Shown: piece after piece, positions 1 through 14,111 of the stretch
Layout: each line of letters begins with the position of its first letter
How positions within the stretch are numbered: the stretch's first letter is position 1
Assembly: GCF_001194135.2 (NCBI RefSeq)
Contig: NC_068989.1
Coordinates: forward strand, 24,067,932 to 24,110,137
DNA: 42,206 bases
DNA from: Octopus bimaculoides
Taxonomy: Eukaryota
Direction of reading: 5' to 3'
Made by a program: the position numbers and the translations under genes
Notes under the pieces: generated by a model
Database searches by the model: none
What the model was told of the DNA's origin: nothing
The model's input: the letters and a program-made list of their open reading frames with translations, nothing else

Positions 1-35
<35 letters not shown>

Positions 36-284
36 TATACACACGCACCTAACACCTGGTGATCGGAACACTTCCCTTTTGTGCGAAATTGTCTTTCATT
101 CTAAGCAATCATCATACAGTTGAAGTGGAACACAATTATCTCATATCATACATTAATTCTATTTTCAAGACCATATTTTATACTGCATTCAGTATTTAGT
201 AACGCGAATCCTTGTATATTACTATTAATTTGAACCTGCTTATAGCAATGCTAATTGTTCCGAATATCTTTCAAAATATTGCAG

Positions 285-373
285 AGAAAAAAAGCAAAGC
301 ACTGATATATGCCCTGACTCCTCTTGCAGTTTTGTTCTTCATGTTTGTTGGATGTATTTTAATTATAGATAAG
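285..373 (+). CDS. Probable internal exon encoding a transmembrane helix (KKSKALIYALTPLAVLFFMFVGCILIIDK) of an unidentified membrane protein
   Basis: Acceptor aaatattgcag at 284, donor AAG|gtaaga at 374; 89 nt, phase 1 to 0; about 22 hydrophobic residues. Confidence 0.6.
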
Positions 374-1069
374 GTAAGATTCTCAGTGTTTTCCTATTTT
401 CTCACAACTATGCTGTTCATCTCAACAACACCAAATCCTCACAAAAAATGGAATACCGCTCACACATTTAGGCAGTGCCTGTCAACATGTACAGAATCGA
501 ATATGAAGCATTGTTGGTATTATAGAGACCTTATACATGAGTATATATGTGTGTGTGCTTGTGAGTGTGTGTATGTGTTTGCATGTGTGTGTTTGTGTGT
601 ATGTGTATGTACATAAATGTTTATGTCGAAAATAGCCTTTCCTTTATAAGTGTCCCACTAACGACACGACTGTAATCCAATTTTTTTTCAAAAGAATTTT
701 CTATTTTGTATTAGTTTCTTGCAGTTAGTTTGAAACAATAAATCTAAATCCATAGTCAACGTTTCCACACATTTTAGTATCTGTATTGTTTCTTATATAA
801 CTGTCAAGTTTTGTAGATTTTTATTCCAGGGGTTCTTTGACTTTTAAGATTCCACCTCAGCAGTCACGTGTTCGTGTTTGGTTGTGGTCAAACATTTTAA
901 CCGTTAGTTTTTTTTCTGTCAGTAGCTACGCGTTGAACTTTTGTGGTGTTTGATGTTTGCAAAAATAATCAAGCAAATTAGATACAAATATATACATCAA
1001 AATAATTAAGATGAGGCTTTTAACATAAAATCTATCGGTCAAAAGAAGAAAGGCTAATGCTGGAACAGA

Positions 1070-1233
1070 GGCGCAGGTGTGGCTGTGTGGTAAGAAGCTC
1101 TCTTCCCAACCACGTGGTCCTGGATTCAGTCCCACTGCGTAGCTCCTTGGGTAAGTGCCTTCTGCTATAGCCCCGGGCCGGTTAAAGCCTTTTGAGTAGA
1201 TTTGGTAGACCGAAATTGAAAAACAATCCTGTC

Positions 1234-1269
<36 letters not shown>

Positions 1270-1480
1270 TTGAGTGTGTCTGTGTCTGTCCCTCCCCCAC
1301 CATCGCTTGAGAACCGATGTCGGTGTGTTTATATCCACGTAAGTTAACGGTTCGGCAAAAACGACTGATAGAATAAGTACTAGGCTTACAAAGAATAATC
1401 CTGGGGTCGATTTGTTCGACCAAAGGCGGTGCTCCAGTATGGACGCAGTCAAATGACTGAAACAAGTAAAAGGATAAAAG
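1070..1480 (+). mobile_element. tRNA-derived SINE, family A (head ggcgcaggagtggctgtgtggtaag, internal (TA)n, tail ...gactgaaacaagtaaaag)
   Basis: Homologous copies recur at 3647, 20180, 21513, 29705, 32603 and 38832. Confidence 0.85.
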
Positions 1481-3114
1481 AAAAATATAGTTGTATCTTT
1501 AATGAAACACAGATATAAGGCAATGAAGATTAGTTAAATATTGGTTACAAATGCTTCAGTACCATTTCACTTCGAATAACATAAATGATTATGTTTGATA
1601 ATTTACATAAGATCTGTATAAATTTACCCATGATTAGACAACGAAGATTACAACCTTGTTAGACACTTATTGAACTTTGCTACTATGCATGATATGCGAA
1701 AAAGGTGTTTATATATACTGTCAATAAAATTTACTATATATCTCGTCATAAAATTAACTGTTTTGTGCTTTTGTAAGGAATCGATATGTATGTTAGATTG
1801 TTTAAATTTTGTGTCAAGAGTCAACTTGAAGAATTAACATATCCGTGTTAAAGGCAAGAAGGAAGTAAATGTAAAAGGTGAAAGGTTGTAAAATGGAAAA
1901 CGAAAAATAAAATAGAAATGAGCATGAGTGAGAATTAGAGGTATGTCCCCTTTGAGCGAAAAGGCATGAGGCTGAAAGGATAATAGCCTAGAGTCTCCGG
2001 CAAAGCCATTCAATCCGGAAAGGGTGGTGTTTTCTAATTCTCCTATAGGAAGTTATCCATATGTTTACAACCGCTGAAAATTTCAGACCTGGAATTTAGC
2101 AGTGCGTTAGAGTTCTAGATCTAAATAAGGATCTGTGCTCTTTCAGCAATGCATAACTTAAATTCTTTTGATCCATTGATATATGGTGTAAACTTTTCAT
2201 CTATTTTCCACATTATATATNNNNNNNNNNNNNNNNNNNNNNNNNNNNNNNNNNNNNNNNNNNNNNNNNNNNNNTATATATATATATGTGTGTGTGTGTA
2301 CAACACACACACACACACACACACACACATAAGCTCGTAACAGTTATATATTCCGGAGGCACATTAGTGCTCTTCCCAGCATCCCAGCCAAGTAATTTCA
2401 TTTGCTGCCGTGTTTTCATATTAAAACTAAGGTAGTTTCTTTGAGCCATTCAACGACAGACACACAAAGAATCTTCAAGATGTGTTATATGGTGCCAAAA
2501 TTTTCGCTGCACTATGTGCAACTAGTATACTGATATGATTTCACTGTATTTTATTTGGAGTGACGAAAATTCTGACACCAAATAATGAATGTTTATGCGA
2601 AGTTAACTGCCTTTTTGTGTTTTTCAGTTTTTGAATATGTGCCGTTCACACAATAATTCTTACATGTATACATACATACAAATATAGTAACAATAATAAT
2701 AATAATCAATGGATAGAATTTATAAATATTTTAATGCATCGCTGAGCGGGTTCCCACATATCGCATATTTTTTGTGACCATAGTCCGCAAAGACCCACCT
2801 GATCCCCATAGATATTACAGATTGTATTGCAATCATCCCAGCAATGCAAGTGATTCGTGGAAACGCGCGTAGTGATACATTAAACTATTTATTAATTCCA
2901 TCCATTGTTTATTATTATTGTTATGTTTATCCTACGTTAAATCGGCACAGCTCAATACGATCTCATAAAATTGCTGTTGTATGTTGGAGTCACTAGGCTG
3001 TAGCCGACACAATAAAATAGGAGCTTTTACATGCGTAGTTGAAAACGTTTCCCGTAAACGAACTTAATGGATATATCCAAAGATATGTACATCCATACAT
3101 ACATACATACATAC

Positions 3115-3177
<63 letters not shown>

Positions 3178-3217
3178 GTATATTCAATACATATATAATC
3201 AAAATTTATTCTTTCAG

Positions 3218-3268
3218 GTCGATCAAATTACTGAAAATTCACAGAAGTTAGCTACAATCAAAAAATAA
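3218..3268 (+). CDS. Candidate terminal coding exon VDQITENSQKLATIKK* of the same gene
   Basis: Strong acceptor tttattctttcag; phase 0 matches the 285-373 exon; stop TAA followed by AATAAA motifs near 3331 and 3353. Confidence 0.4.
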   Translation, partial: VDQITENSQKLATIKK

Positions 3269-3646
3269 TTTCATATATATTTTTCATGCAAGCTATGTAC
3301 ATATTTCAACTTCATGTATGAACTGGATTAAATAAATATTAAATTCATTTAGTAATAAATCGATTTATAAATGTGTCTGTTTGCCGTACTTTTTAGAAGA
3401 GACAACTGATGACTCGCTATCGTATGATGGTCTATCTTTAAATAGGTAGCCTTTTCAAAGAGTATTACTTTCTAACTCCACCAATTTTAAAAATTGTGAC
3501 AAAATTGTATATTTTACACAATCAAATGTACCGAATTGGTTGTTTCATGATTGCTAATAGTTATTCTTTTTGCATCTACCATCTACCATTATAAGATATT
3601 TAATCACATTCATTTTCAATGGAGTGTACTTGGAAATATTCCAGTA

Positions 3647-3968
3647 GACGCAGGAGTGGCTGTGTGGTAAGTAGCTTGCTTACCAACCACATGGTTCCGG
3701 GTTCAGTCTTCTACTATAGCCTTGGGTCGACCAAAGCCTTGTGAGTGAATTTAGTAGAGGGGAAACTGAAAGAAGCCTGTCGTATATATATATATATGTT
3801 TATGTTTGTGTGTCTGTGTTGTCCCCCCACCATCGCTTAATAGCCGATGTTGGTGTGTTTACATCCCCGTAACTTAGCGGTTCGGCAAAAGAGACCGATG
3901 GAATAAGTACTAGGCTTACAAAGAGGTGGTGCTCCAGCATGGCTGTAGTAAGTGACTGAAGCAAATAA
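3647..3968 (+). mobile_element. SINE family A, internally deleted copy
   Basis: Same head, core and tail as the copy at 1070-1480. Confidence 0.85.
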
Positions 3969-5555
3969 CAATGAAATACGAGAACAATACAGAATAGTGG
4001 TCTGCATTAGAACGAAAAATATTTACAGCGTTGGACAGAATACTTTTTCATCAAGTTTGGCATTTATCCTTCTGGGAACCCTCAAATGAAGTACCAGTTA
4101 AATGCTGGAGGTCAATATAATCGATGATACAATTTAGGTCTTTGTTAAAAAATCACACTGTGCAAGTGTGAAAGTGTCTTCAACTATAGCTTCGGTCCGA
4201 CAAAAACCTTGTGTATAGATTTGTTACAAAGAAATTGAAAGCTTCCCATCGCATATATGTGGGCGAGTGTGCAAAAATTATAAATGACCTGCAGCCAGGT
4301 AAAATACACATCGCAATATCAAAAGCTTAGGAAAAATACAAGGAAAATCTTTACCGTTTTGTGCATATGCTCTTCTATAGAGCGAAATAAGCGAGAAGAG
4401 AAAAAAGCAGTGAGAGAACTGAACAAACGTGTTTCAATTCGACGCTCACCACATGCTGAAATGACCGGAAATAGGAAGAGGTTGTTACAGGTGTGAGTAG
4501 CAAGGAGGACAACTTGAAGGGTGACTTGTGGCGTGGGTATCAAGGGGGAAACTATGAACGTGGCTTATGTGTGCGTGTGTATTTGTGTGTGAGTACGCGC
4601 ATTTTGTGTACTTCTGTGTGAGTGCATGTGTATGAGTGTGATTGTGTGAGTGAGTTCATATTTCCTTCGTCTACACATGTGTTCGCTCGCCGATTATAAA
4701 CAACGCTTTTGCCAATGATGTCGGTTGTTTCCTGATCTCCACGTAAAAATGTGTCCAGGCTGTTAGTTGTTCGATAGACTAGGAGATTAATACCTCACTT
4801 GAAAATATATGGGGCCTAGACGATAAGAAAGGCATCTGTACGTGGGGAACCCTGTCCCAAAATACTTTCTTCTGAACCATGCAAGCATAAAGAAGTCAAC
4901 GTCAAAAATGCAATGTCGACGACGACGACGATGATAATAATAATGATGGTTATATAAGACAGGAGCAACGTACAGAAACAGAAGTAAGTTGAGTACTAGT
5001 AATCGATATTAGCAAGGATATACTGAAGGACAAGGATGCTGAATACCATTTATCTAAAAATATTCATCAAGTATATCAGAACATACTTTCTGTTGATGCT
5101 ACAACTGCTGCACCAAATATGATTTTCAGAACAAATCTAATTATAAATGCATACCGTTATGTAATATGGGCTATGTTGAATTTTATTTTCGGTATCAGTT
5201 AACGTTTATTCAAATCATAACTATGATGCGCGTAGCACATTATTTATAAGGCTTATGGTTCATAACTTTCGGGCGCCCTTCGATATCAATTTGATTGATT
5301 GGGTTTATTTTCAACTAATGGAAAAATCGAAGGCAATAAAAGACACTTTAGCAGGAAAACTATAAATAGTGTAACAAGTAGGTTAAGGAAATTCAGATAT
5401 GAAATAATTTCTTTCGTGATCATGTGGTCGGCTAGCAAGATAGAGAAAAACAAAGAAAAAACAAAGAGAGAAAGATGGAGATGGAAAGAGATGGAAGAGG
5501 ACTTTGTGAAAAGTGTTAGTTGAGGAGAAAAAGGAACACGAAGACATACACATGC

Positions 5556-5586
<31 letters not shown>

Positions 5587-5611
5587 CATACATACATACA
5601 TACATACATAC

Positions 5612-5717
5612 CCACCCCGTTGTTGATGTTGAAATTCCAAAGGAAGAGCCTTGGATCTAGGTTAGAAACCGGTTCTTTCTCTATTGGCAAGAAAACTTGA
5701 AATAAACTGAATAATGA
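5612..5717 (+). mobile_element. 106-bp non-repetitive insert within a (CATA)n tract; probable 5'-truncated retroelement 3' end
   Basis: Flanked by (CATA)n on both sides; AATAAA 12 nt before the right junction. Confidence 0.55.
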
Positions 5718-6094
5718 CATACATACATACATACATATGATTTATTGTATACTAACAAACTATTCATTATTGGTAGGAGATCTTCCGTTCATTTACAGAT
5801 GGTCGACTGTATATTGGATAAATGATAGATTGTATATAGATAGATCAATTTACCGATGAGTTACTCAACACTGACCAATGAAATGTGTAAGTAGTATATT
5901 AACTATTACCGTATATTAACTAGTTTATTGACAACTGTATATACTGATAGGTGACCTACGGAAAAATGATACAAAATCAAATTCCAATATTTTGAAGATT
6001 CTAAAAAATGATTGATTTAAGAGGAAAAACAAAATTGTATGGGCCTGAGCTTGAGGTGGCAATGAGACGGGCTAATAAATATGTAGTGAAATGT

Positions 6095-6269
6095 GTAAAG
6101 CATCCGTCTTTATGTTCTGAGTTCAAATTACGCCGAGGTCGACTTTCTATTTTAATCCTTTTGGGGTCGATAAAATAAATACCAGTTGAACATCAGTTGA
6201 ACACTGGGGTCGATGTAGTCGACTTAACCACCGAAATTGCTGGCCTTGTGCCAAAATTTGAAACCAATA
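6095..6269 (+). mobile_element. tRNA-derived SINE, family B (…ctgagttcaaatt…gaggtcgactttg…ggggtcgataaaataagtaccag…ccttgtgccaaaatttgaaacca)
   Basis: B-box GTTCAAAT; homologues at 14687, 14907, 17925, 19198, 24001, 26590 and 32090. Confidence 0.8.
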
Positions 6270-8599
6270 TATCCTGAAATGTTGCTTAGTGAAAATAAGA
6301 GTAAAAGAGAGAGAAATGGTAAAGTTCGAAAAATACTCTAAGAAAAGTCATGAAAATAATAATGTGTTTTTAGCAAAAAACCATAGCAAATTTATAAGTG
6401 ATGTTACTGACTTGAAATTTAAAATAACCTCTCGCCACAGGCTACAGAAATCATTTTATCCAAGGATCGTTCGGGAAAATACCAAATTGCTGAAACCTTC
6501 TCAGTACCGTATACACAGATATACACTCACACAAACACACACGATATACGATAAATTATCTTAGTATATTCCCAACTACCTTTTGCATCACACGAAGAAC
6601 AGTGGCACAAAAGAAAGAGAGGATGAGAGTATTGGGAATACTCCAGAGTAAAAAGGAAGAGAAGCTAAAGAGAGCATAGTGGTAAATGATGGTGGTGAGT
6701 GTAACAACATTGCTCGACGACAATTACTTGCATTGAGCCACATGCGTTAAATCATTCGGTATTTTTTTTTTTTTTCAGTTAAAACTATTTTGTCAAGTGT
6801 GAAGTTGTAAAAACATAAATCTTGAAACTATTCTGAATTTGGAAGTTTCTAATTCTATAATTTATTTCAATTCTGTTTGTGGTCTTTCTTTCATTAAATT
6901 TATATAGAATTCCTTTGTTTTATGGTTTAAAATCCTTTTCAGACCTATTGTATTCACTATGTACTCCATTTATATTCCACTTCGTTTACAAAATATTGAT
7001 TTACCAACATCTGTCACTTTGTGTTTATTTTCCTGCAGCAAAGTTCATTTACTTAATACAGCGTTCTTTTTTTACTAATAAATATTCTATTTTGTTTATC
7101 CTCCTATAACCACTGTACAAATCTCAGCATTTTATTCATTATTTGTTTTATTTCTTCTAGAATCTATACGCATTTAAATAGTAATATATCACAAACCGTT
7201 TTGATATTTTTTTTTTACGAAAGTGGTGAAAGCTAACCTGCATACATACTTACAAAAACATCTCATCTCTTACTTGTCTTTTGCGTTTCCTTTTCAACCA
7301 TAGTTCTGTTCGTTTGCCTCTATATTTCCGGTTACTATTCTATACCCGATATTTCTGTGACAACTATAGCCCTGCGATACGACAAGTTTGGTCGACTACA
7401 TCTATGATAAAGGGTATTTTTCATGACCATCTCATTTTATTTTTCGAGTACATTTTCTTATATATCTTTCTGCTCTTTTAAGATGGCAAGACGTCATCTG
7501 AGGTAGATTTGGCTGCTACTTCTAACAGGCCAAGTTACCATATACAGGCTTTCTCGATTTCCGACAGTGTAATGTTATTTATTCCTATCGTAATTTTCAG
7601 CAAATGATTTAATTTTCTAACGACTAAGAATAACTTACTCCTTTTAGTTCTTCTAACTGATGGCATTTTGATTTAATAAAGCTTTCTGATTCCTCCCATA
7701 TTTGGACCATCACTTCAAGTTTTCAAATTCATTTATATTCTAACTATTCTCTGCACAATTAGAAAGATTACATATTCTGCACAATCTCCATCTAATAAAA
7801 CAAAACAAAATACACCTTATATACCTTATAATCATCAAACAAAGCATACGGTACACATGCACCACCCAGTCAAATAACACATTGCTGTATGTAAACAATA
7901 CCTATAACATCAATAAATCACAGGAGAAACTTTCTATAGAATTGCCGTTCAATAATATAAGACAACTCACTAAAATCATACAGGACGTATTCAACAAAAT
8001 AACCACTCGAGAATGAACACTACTCGTGCCATAGATACGAAAACAACAGCTACCCCTACAAAGAGAGTTAATTCACATTAAACATATTCTTTACAAAAAA
8101 AAAAAACAGATGAAACACTAAAGTAACACCGAGAGCAAAACAAATTATACCACAAAGCAAACCTTGTGGAGCATACCAAAACGATTTTACATCATCAACT
8201 CGCCGTATTCACACGGGCCACATTCGTAACAGTCACCCATCTTGTAAACTTTTACTGGAGAAAAGCACTATCCTCACCCCATTCTCCAAATGAAAAACTT
8301 GAAAATGTCAACACGAGCTTGACTAATGTAGAAAATATCTGTTTTGAGCACTTTCAGTTGTATCCATCACACAACCCCTTTCGCCATAGCCACCAGAGCA
8401 AAGAAAACTGCCTGCCCTTCCCGGTCATAGGTAGGCGGTAGGACGGTCTGTACTCGGCTGATAGTCGAATTTGTGCTGCACGCGTCACTAGTTGTTCAAC
8501 AAAAATCGACATGTCAGTGATGTTCGGATGCTGGGGGGGGGGCTAATTTTTTCCTATTTGCTCAACTCAGGTCTACAGTTTTATTAAATGGATGAGCTG

Positions 8600-9640
8600 T
8601 TGGAGAATGTGCATGATAGGAGGCTTTCACATCTGCATACCTTCTAGGAATCTTTTATTTTCTAGGCCTGAGAATATGTATTCGAATCAACAGCTATTCG
8701 TAATTGAGTCCTACATGCAGAGCATTTTAACAACTGATAGATCTTCTGACCAGTGGAATGCGTCCTTCCGCAAGAAGTAAAAGAGCAGATGCTACTTAAA
8801 TGAAAACTAGAATAGGCCCGAGGACATCTCTCCACTTAAAAGGAATTTACCAGGATAGCTTCCTCTCATTCCATTTCTTGTCGAGTCTTGTTCGTTATCA
8901 TGAACTGGAGGTCTAGACTGAACCATAGACCAAGCAATTTCACCAGTTTTGTCGGTCCCATGATGTTATCCCGTGTTATAAACTTTCCTCTCCAGGTGTT
9001 CATCTGCAAATCCATTCACTTGTTTGGGTTAATCTTTGCTCCTGCCAACGCCTTGCAATTCTTGAGAATACTGTCCACCACGATTAGTAGTCTGACTCCA
9101 GCATAGTGAATCCGTCTCCACGACTCTCCCGGACCCCGGTTTAAGTGGGAATTTTCTCAATACTTTTAGTACACACCACAATATAGACGAGATCCGAGAA
9201 GACTCTCTTGAGAGACTGTGCACGTAAACTGAAGTGGTTCTAAGAAACAGTCATTTAGAGAGTTGGTGCCGTTTATCACTGAAGCAATCCATCATCTGAA
9301 AATTGGATACACACCGAGTGATTTGAGGGTAGCATCCAAGCAAGTTGTATATTATGACATCGTCACAGTTTATATCTAAATCGATCAGAGCTCTTCTGAA
9401 GTCTAGTTTGTTATCCGCCCTTATTACGATCTATCACGTCCGCTGGAAGTTGTCATAGATAGATCTTTTCGTGTCATTCCTTTGCAGTGATACCACTCCA
9501 CATTTATAGAGCTGGAAACTCTTCTGCTCTACTACCAATTTAAGTTGCCGTTTCACTATCACTCACTGTCATTCATATCTTAGTAATTGCTATCGGACTT
9601 CGTAGATAGACACAACACAATGAGTAGCAAACACACATCA
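8600..9640 (-). mobile_element. Heavily decayed Tx1/L1-like LINE, reverse-transcriptase region
   Basis: Fragments ALIDLD, AGAKINPNK, WRGK and VKLLGLWFSLDLQ align to the RT at 16423-17097 (ARAKINREK, WVGK, VKLLGVWFGPGLQ); many stops and frameshifts. Confidence 0.8.
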
Positions 9641-11409
9641 AGAGAGTCAGTAAACTGTGTTTTTATGGTTTAATTCAAAGCAAGAGAAGGGAGAAAATAT
9701 CTAACACCAGTAAATAGACAAAGCAGTATTCTAGAAATGGGAGACAAAACTGAAAGCGAATAATTTCCAAATGATTCCAATACTTTACAACACTTGAAAC
9801 TCGAACTCATCGGGTAACATCTACCCATTCTTTCGATCGTTATTACAACAATCATAGTAGCTTTGCACTTTTTAATGATACTGCTCAACCACGTGAGATC
9901 TAGTGGTTAGTCTGACGGACACCTGATGATAGAGTCGAGAGCTTGATTTCCATTGCTCCGGTCCACTCAACTGAAAATTGAGTACCAGCCTTATCCCGGT
10001 TAAACCATCTCTTTTTCCGGCAGTCACCTCCCGGATATTCCCCGGACCCAACAATTTGGAGTAGGCAGAGAGGATTTAAGCACAACTATATAGGTACCTA
10101 AAAATAACTAGTGAAAGCATGGTAGAGGCTACCAAGTTACACTTACTTCAAAGTGACGGCTGTATTCCTCAGACCTTCTGCATGTCCTATGACTGATACT
10201 CTCACGCCTCTCTACATTCACAGACCTGAATCAAACATCTTTTCCCCCCTTAAACTGCGTCACATCTGGAACACAATATATATTTTTTCTTCAACGCCTC
10301 TATCCGTCTTATCAAGCTTTTAATATATCTCAATATTGCTAATAAAAAGTTTTCTTTATGATATTTGTGAGTTAGAAATGTTATTTTCATTATCGGAAAA
10401 TCTTGTCAGAGAAGACAGTCTCCGCATTCCAGCATTAAAAATATACTTTATTATACATGTTAATCGACAACAAAACAAATACAGGAATAAATCGTTTAGG
10501 AAACATTGTGAGAGTGTCAAAAGTATAGTTTAGAAGTAGAAAAAAAAATCAAAAACAAATCAACAAAAAACAAACAAAACAGCAGACTTTTATAATACTA
10601 CTTCGAAAGTAGATTTCTGTTAATAAAAGACGTAAAACCATTATAGACATTCCAGTAAACAAGTTATATCAGAATGTTGTTTTATTATCTCGAAAGTTTT
10701 GAAGTCTTTATTGCTGTGGTATGACTTGTTATATATATTCTAAGTTTTCTTGTTACGTTTTCACAATTGTCGTTGGTTTATTTTCAACCAAACACCATTT
10801 TTAGCAGCTAGAAAAAAGTGACTTACAAAGTTTAAGTGTTCCTGAAATTAAAAGAAAACAGCTTAGTCAGCAGGACATTGCTCATGGAAAATTTTTGCCA
10901 TACTATTTCTTTATAAACTTTGAATGGTAGTGGAATTGCAGGAAATGTTGAAGATTGAGACATAGTGTATAGGCAATGCAATAATATTGCTTTTTTTCCT
11001 CTTTCGATGTTTTCAACTTTTTTTATAATTCACTGAAGTATTAAACTTTCCCTCACAAAATAGCTATCAATATTACAATGTAATCTATTTAGTGGACTGT
11101 ACTCACACTCAACTATATATAAAATTTTGTTCTTTTTGTTTATATATATATCGACTAGATTGTGACTTTAAGAAAGTAATCGATACAATATCGGTGCAGA
11201 ATCAATAATTCTTATATTACTCAGATAATGCCTTACACTAATACAATATTTTCAATACATTTCTGCAGCACTTCAAAGGCCAATACTGAATATATAACGG
11301 AACAAAATCGCGCATAATAAGCAGCAATATTATAATGCATAGATCACCATATGTAAATGCTTGAAGCAGTTGTCCTTAAACCTGTGGACAAATATAAATG
11401 AATAGTGAA

Positions 11410-11513
<104 letters not shown>

Positions 11514-11606
11514 GAGATTTGAAGATGTAGAAGTCTGGCTACCCAGCTGTTGTTAGGAAAGAGGGAAAGATTAAAAAGTATATAAGGGCATGACGAATAT
11601 GTTAGA

Positions 11607-11726
11607 AGGTTTGTAAATTAATGACCATATATTAGGAGGTTTGTAAATTAATGACCATATATTAGGAGGTTTGTAAATTAATGACCATATATTAGGAGGT
11701 TTGTAAATTAATGACCATATATTAGG
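11607..11726. repeat. Minisatellite, 4 x 30 bp (aggtttgtaaattaatgaccatatattagg)
   Basis: Four perfect copies. Confidence 0.95.
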
Positions 11727-12716
11727 CCTAACCGCTAAGGTTGGGAGTAGTTTCAGTTCTGAATATATGAAAAATCATATTAGTGTGATCAGATCAATAT
11801 GGATAAACTATCGTCATAAATATTAACTTTTTCCGATAGTAAATTATAAACAAGGATTAGAATCAAATCGAAGAATTTTTAGCTTTAGTACTCTGTAAAA
11901 TTGGTAATTTAGAGTAAAACGGTAAAACAGGGGAATGTAAAGCGTAACAGGGGTGTAATAGTGTCTAGCTTCCTAGATCGTAAGTATTGCGTATTGGAAG
12001 GAATGTGGGGGTGTACTAGGGGGGAGTCGAAGTTATTGATAGAATAGTACCTATAGTTTGCAAAATACTGTTTCTTACTTGTAAGTAAATTTTCTAAGGA
12101 TTCTGAACTATTGTTCTTAAGTTAAGAAGTACCTTTTTGGTTCCCGAAAGCATAAGATGGTGCGGGATATTGGGGAACAAATATAATATGAATATGAATT
12201 ATTTCCCCTTCTGGGTTTAAATCCAGCTGAGTATCAGCCTTGCTTTTCATTCTTTCCGTGTCGATGAAATAAAGTAGCAGTCATACTTGAATCGATGGTA
12301 TCGATTAATCCCACTTCTCAAAACTCTTAGCATTGTCCCTAGATCTCAAACAATATTAATTACCTCCCCCTTAAGAAGTGAATGATTAGTGAAAGTTAAT
12401 AGTATTCAACATGAAATAGATCAATTAACAATAGAAAAGCAATCATGATATCTAAATAAAAGAACTATAAAAACATTACACGTCTGTTTATTAATTTTAA
12501 TTTGGAAATAAGATATTTAACGAAAAATAAAAAACATACCAAGTTTGAATGCCTATCTAAAGGAAAGGTTTACCACACGGTTAAGAATGACATAGATGAT
12601 ATTGATATCAACTCGATATTTCTAATTATAAATCCAATCAAGAAAGAACTGGGACGAACCAGATCATAATGAAAACGAAGGTAAAAAATTAACTGGATCA
12701 TCAACTGCGTTTATAT

Positions 12717-13208
<492 letters not shown>

Positions 13209-13859
13209 TGTATATATACATATATATATTCTTTTAGATAGATAGATAGATAGAAAGCTATTCATAAAACGATTGACGATATTATGCAATTTCACCACAT
13301 GATAACGTAATCTTACCGCTCGATTTCCTGAAACACGTGTATCCTTTGTAAAGCTTAAAATAATTAGAAAACCGATTGAAAATGTATTTTTGATTATTAT
13401 AATTACATGGTTCGTATTTCGCACATTAGGCTAACCCGTAGTTTACTGGTCTTCATCTAACTACATTGGATTCAAGCATGGAATGTGGAACTTTCTACTA
13501 AGCTCTTGCTTTTGGTTATGTAATGCGCTTTCCTCGAATGTATATACTACACACAAACACACACACACATCATATATAAGTATATATGTAGAAACGTATA
13601 TACATATTTATATTATATACATATATTCATTATATATACATATATTCATTATATATACATAATATATGCAGTTATATACATATATATGTATATATGACTA
13701 CTAATTGTGTTTAATATGATGATGGTAGTCTCTCGTAGTCCGAGAAAGACAGTTCTACAATTTCTTGATGAACAATCTACACAAATGATTTGTTTATAGT
13801 GATGATGATGATGATCAAATGTATGTGCAGTACATTAGTTCACTCCCTCCATCAAATCA

Positions 13860-14026
13860 GTGTTGCCTGAACAGGTGCCCAGTGTACCAGACGTCAGGTG
13901 TCGAAGTGATCGCAGAGTAACATGTGATGAGGTGCTTTCCTCACGAACACAACGCGTCACCCGGTCCAGGAATTGAAACCAGGTTCTTGCGATCGTGAAT
14001 GCAACACCTTAATCACTAGGCCATGC

Positions 14027-14030
<4 letters not shown>
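13860..14030 (-). mobile_element. tRNA-derived SINE fragment, family C
   Basis: Minus strand ggacgcatggcctagtgattaag (A box) ... gtttcaattcc (B box), followed by cgttgtgttcgtgaggaaagcac. Confidence 0.7.

Positions 14031-14108
<78 letters not shown>
14030..14108. repeat. (TC)n microsatellite
   Basis: Direct. Confidence 0.95.

Positions 14109-14111
<3 letters not shown>

Noticed and set aside
926-1465. 179-aa ORF with similar peptides recurring at 32578, 38669 and 20269
   Set aside because: Chance frames through family A SINE copies, not a gene family
10040-10098. Acceptor ttatttttag followed by VPI*LCLNPL, superficially like P450 exon 13 (IPLKLSL)
   Set aside because: Stop at codon 4, no conserved Pro or VxLK pattern afterwards, and 11.7 kb from exon 12
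11607-11726. CRISPR-like repeat array
   Set aside because: No spacers, and eukaryotic context; the same applies to 37489-37728
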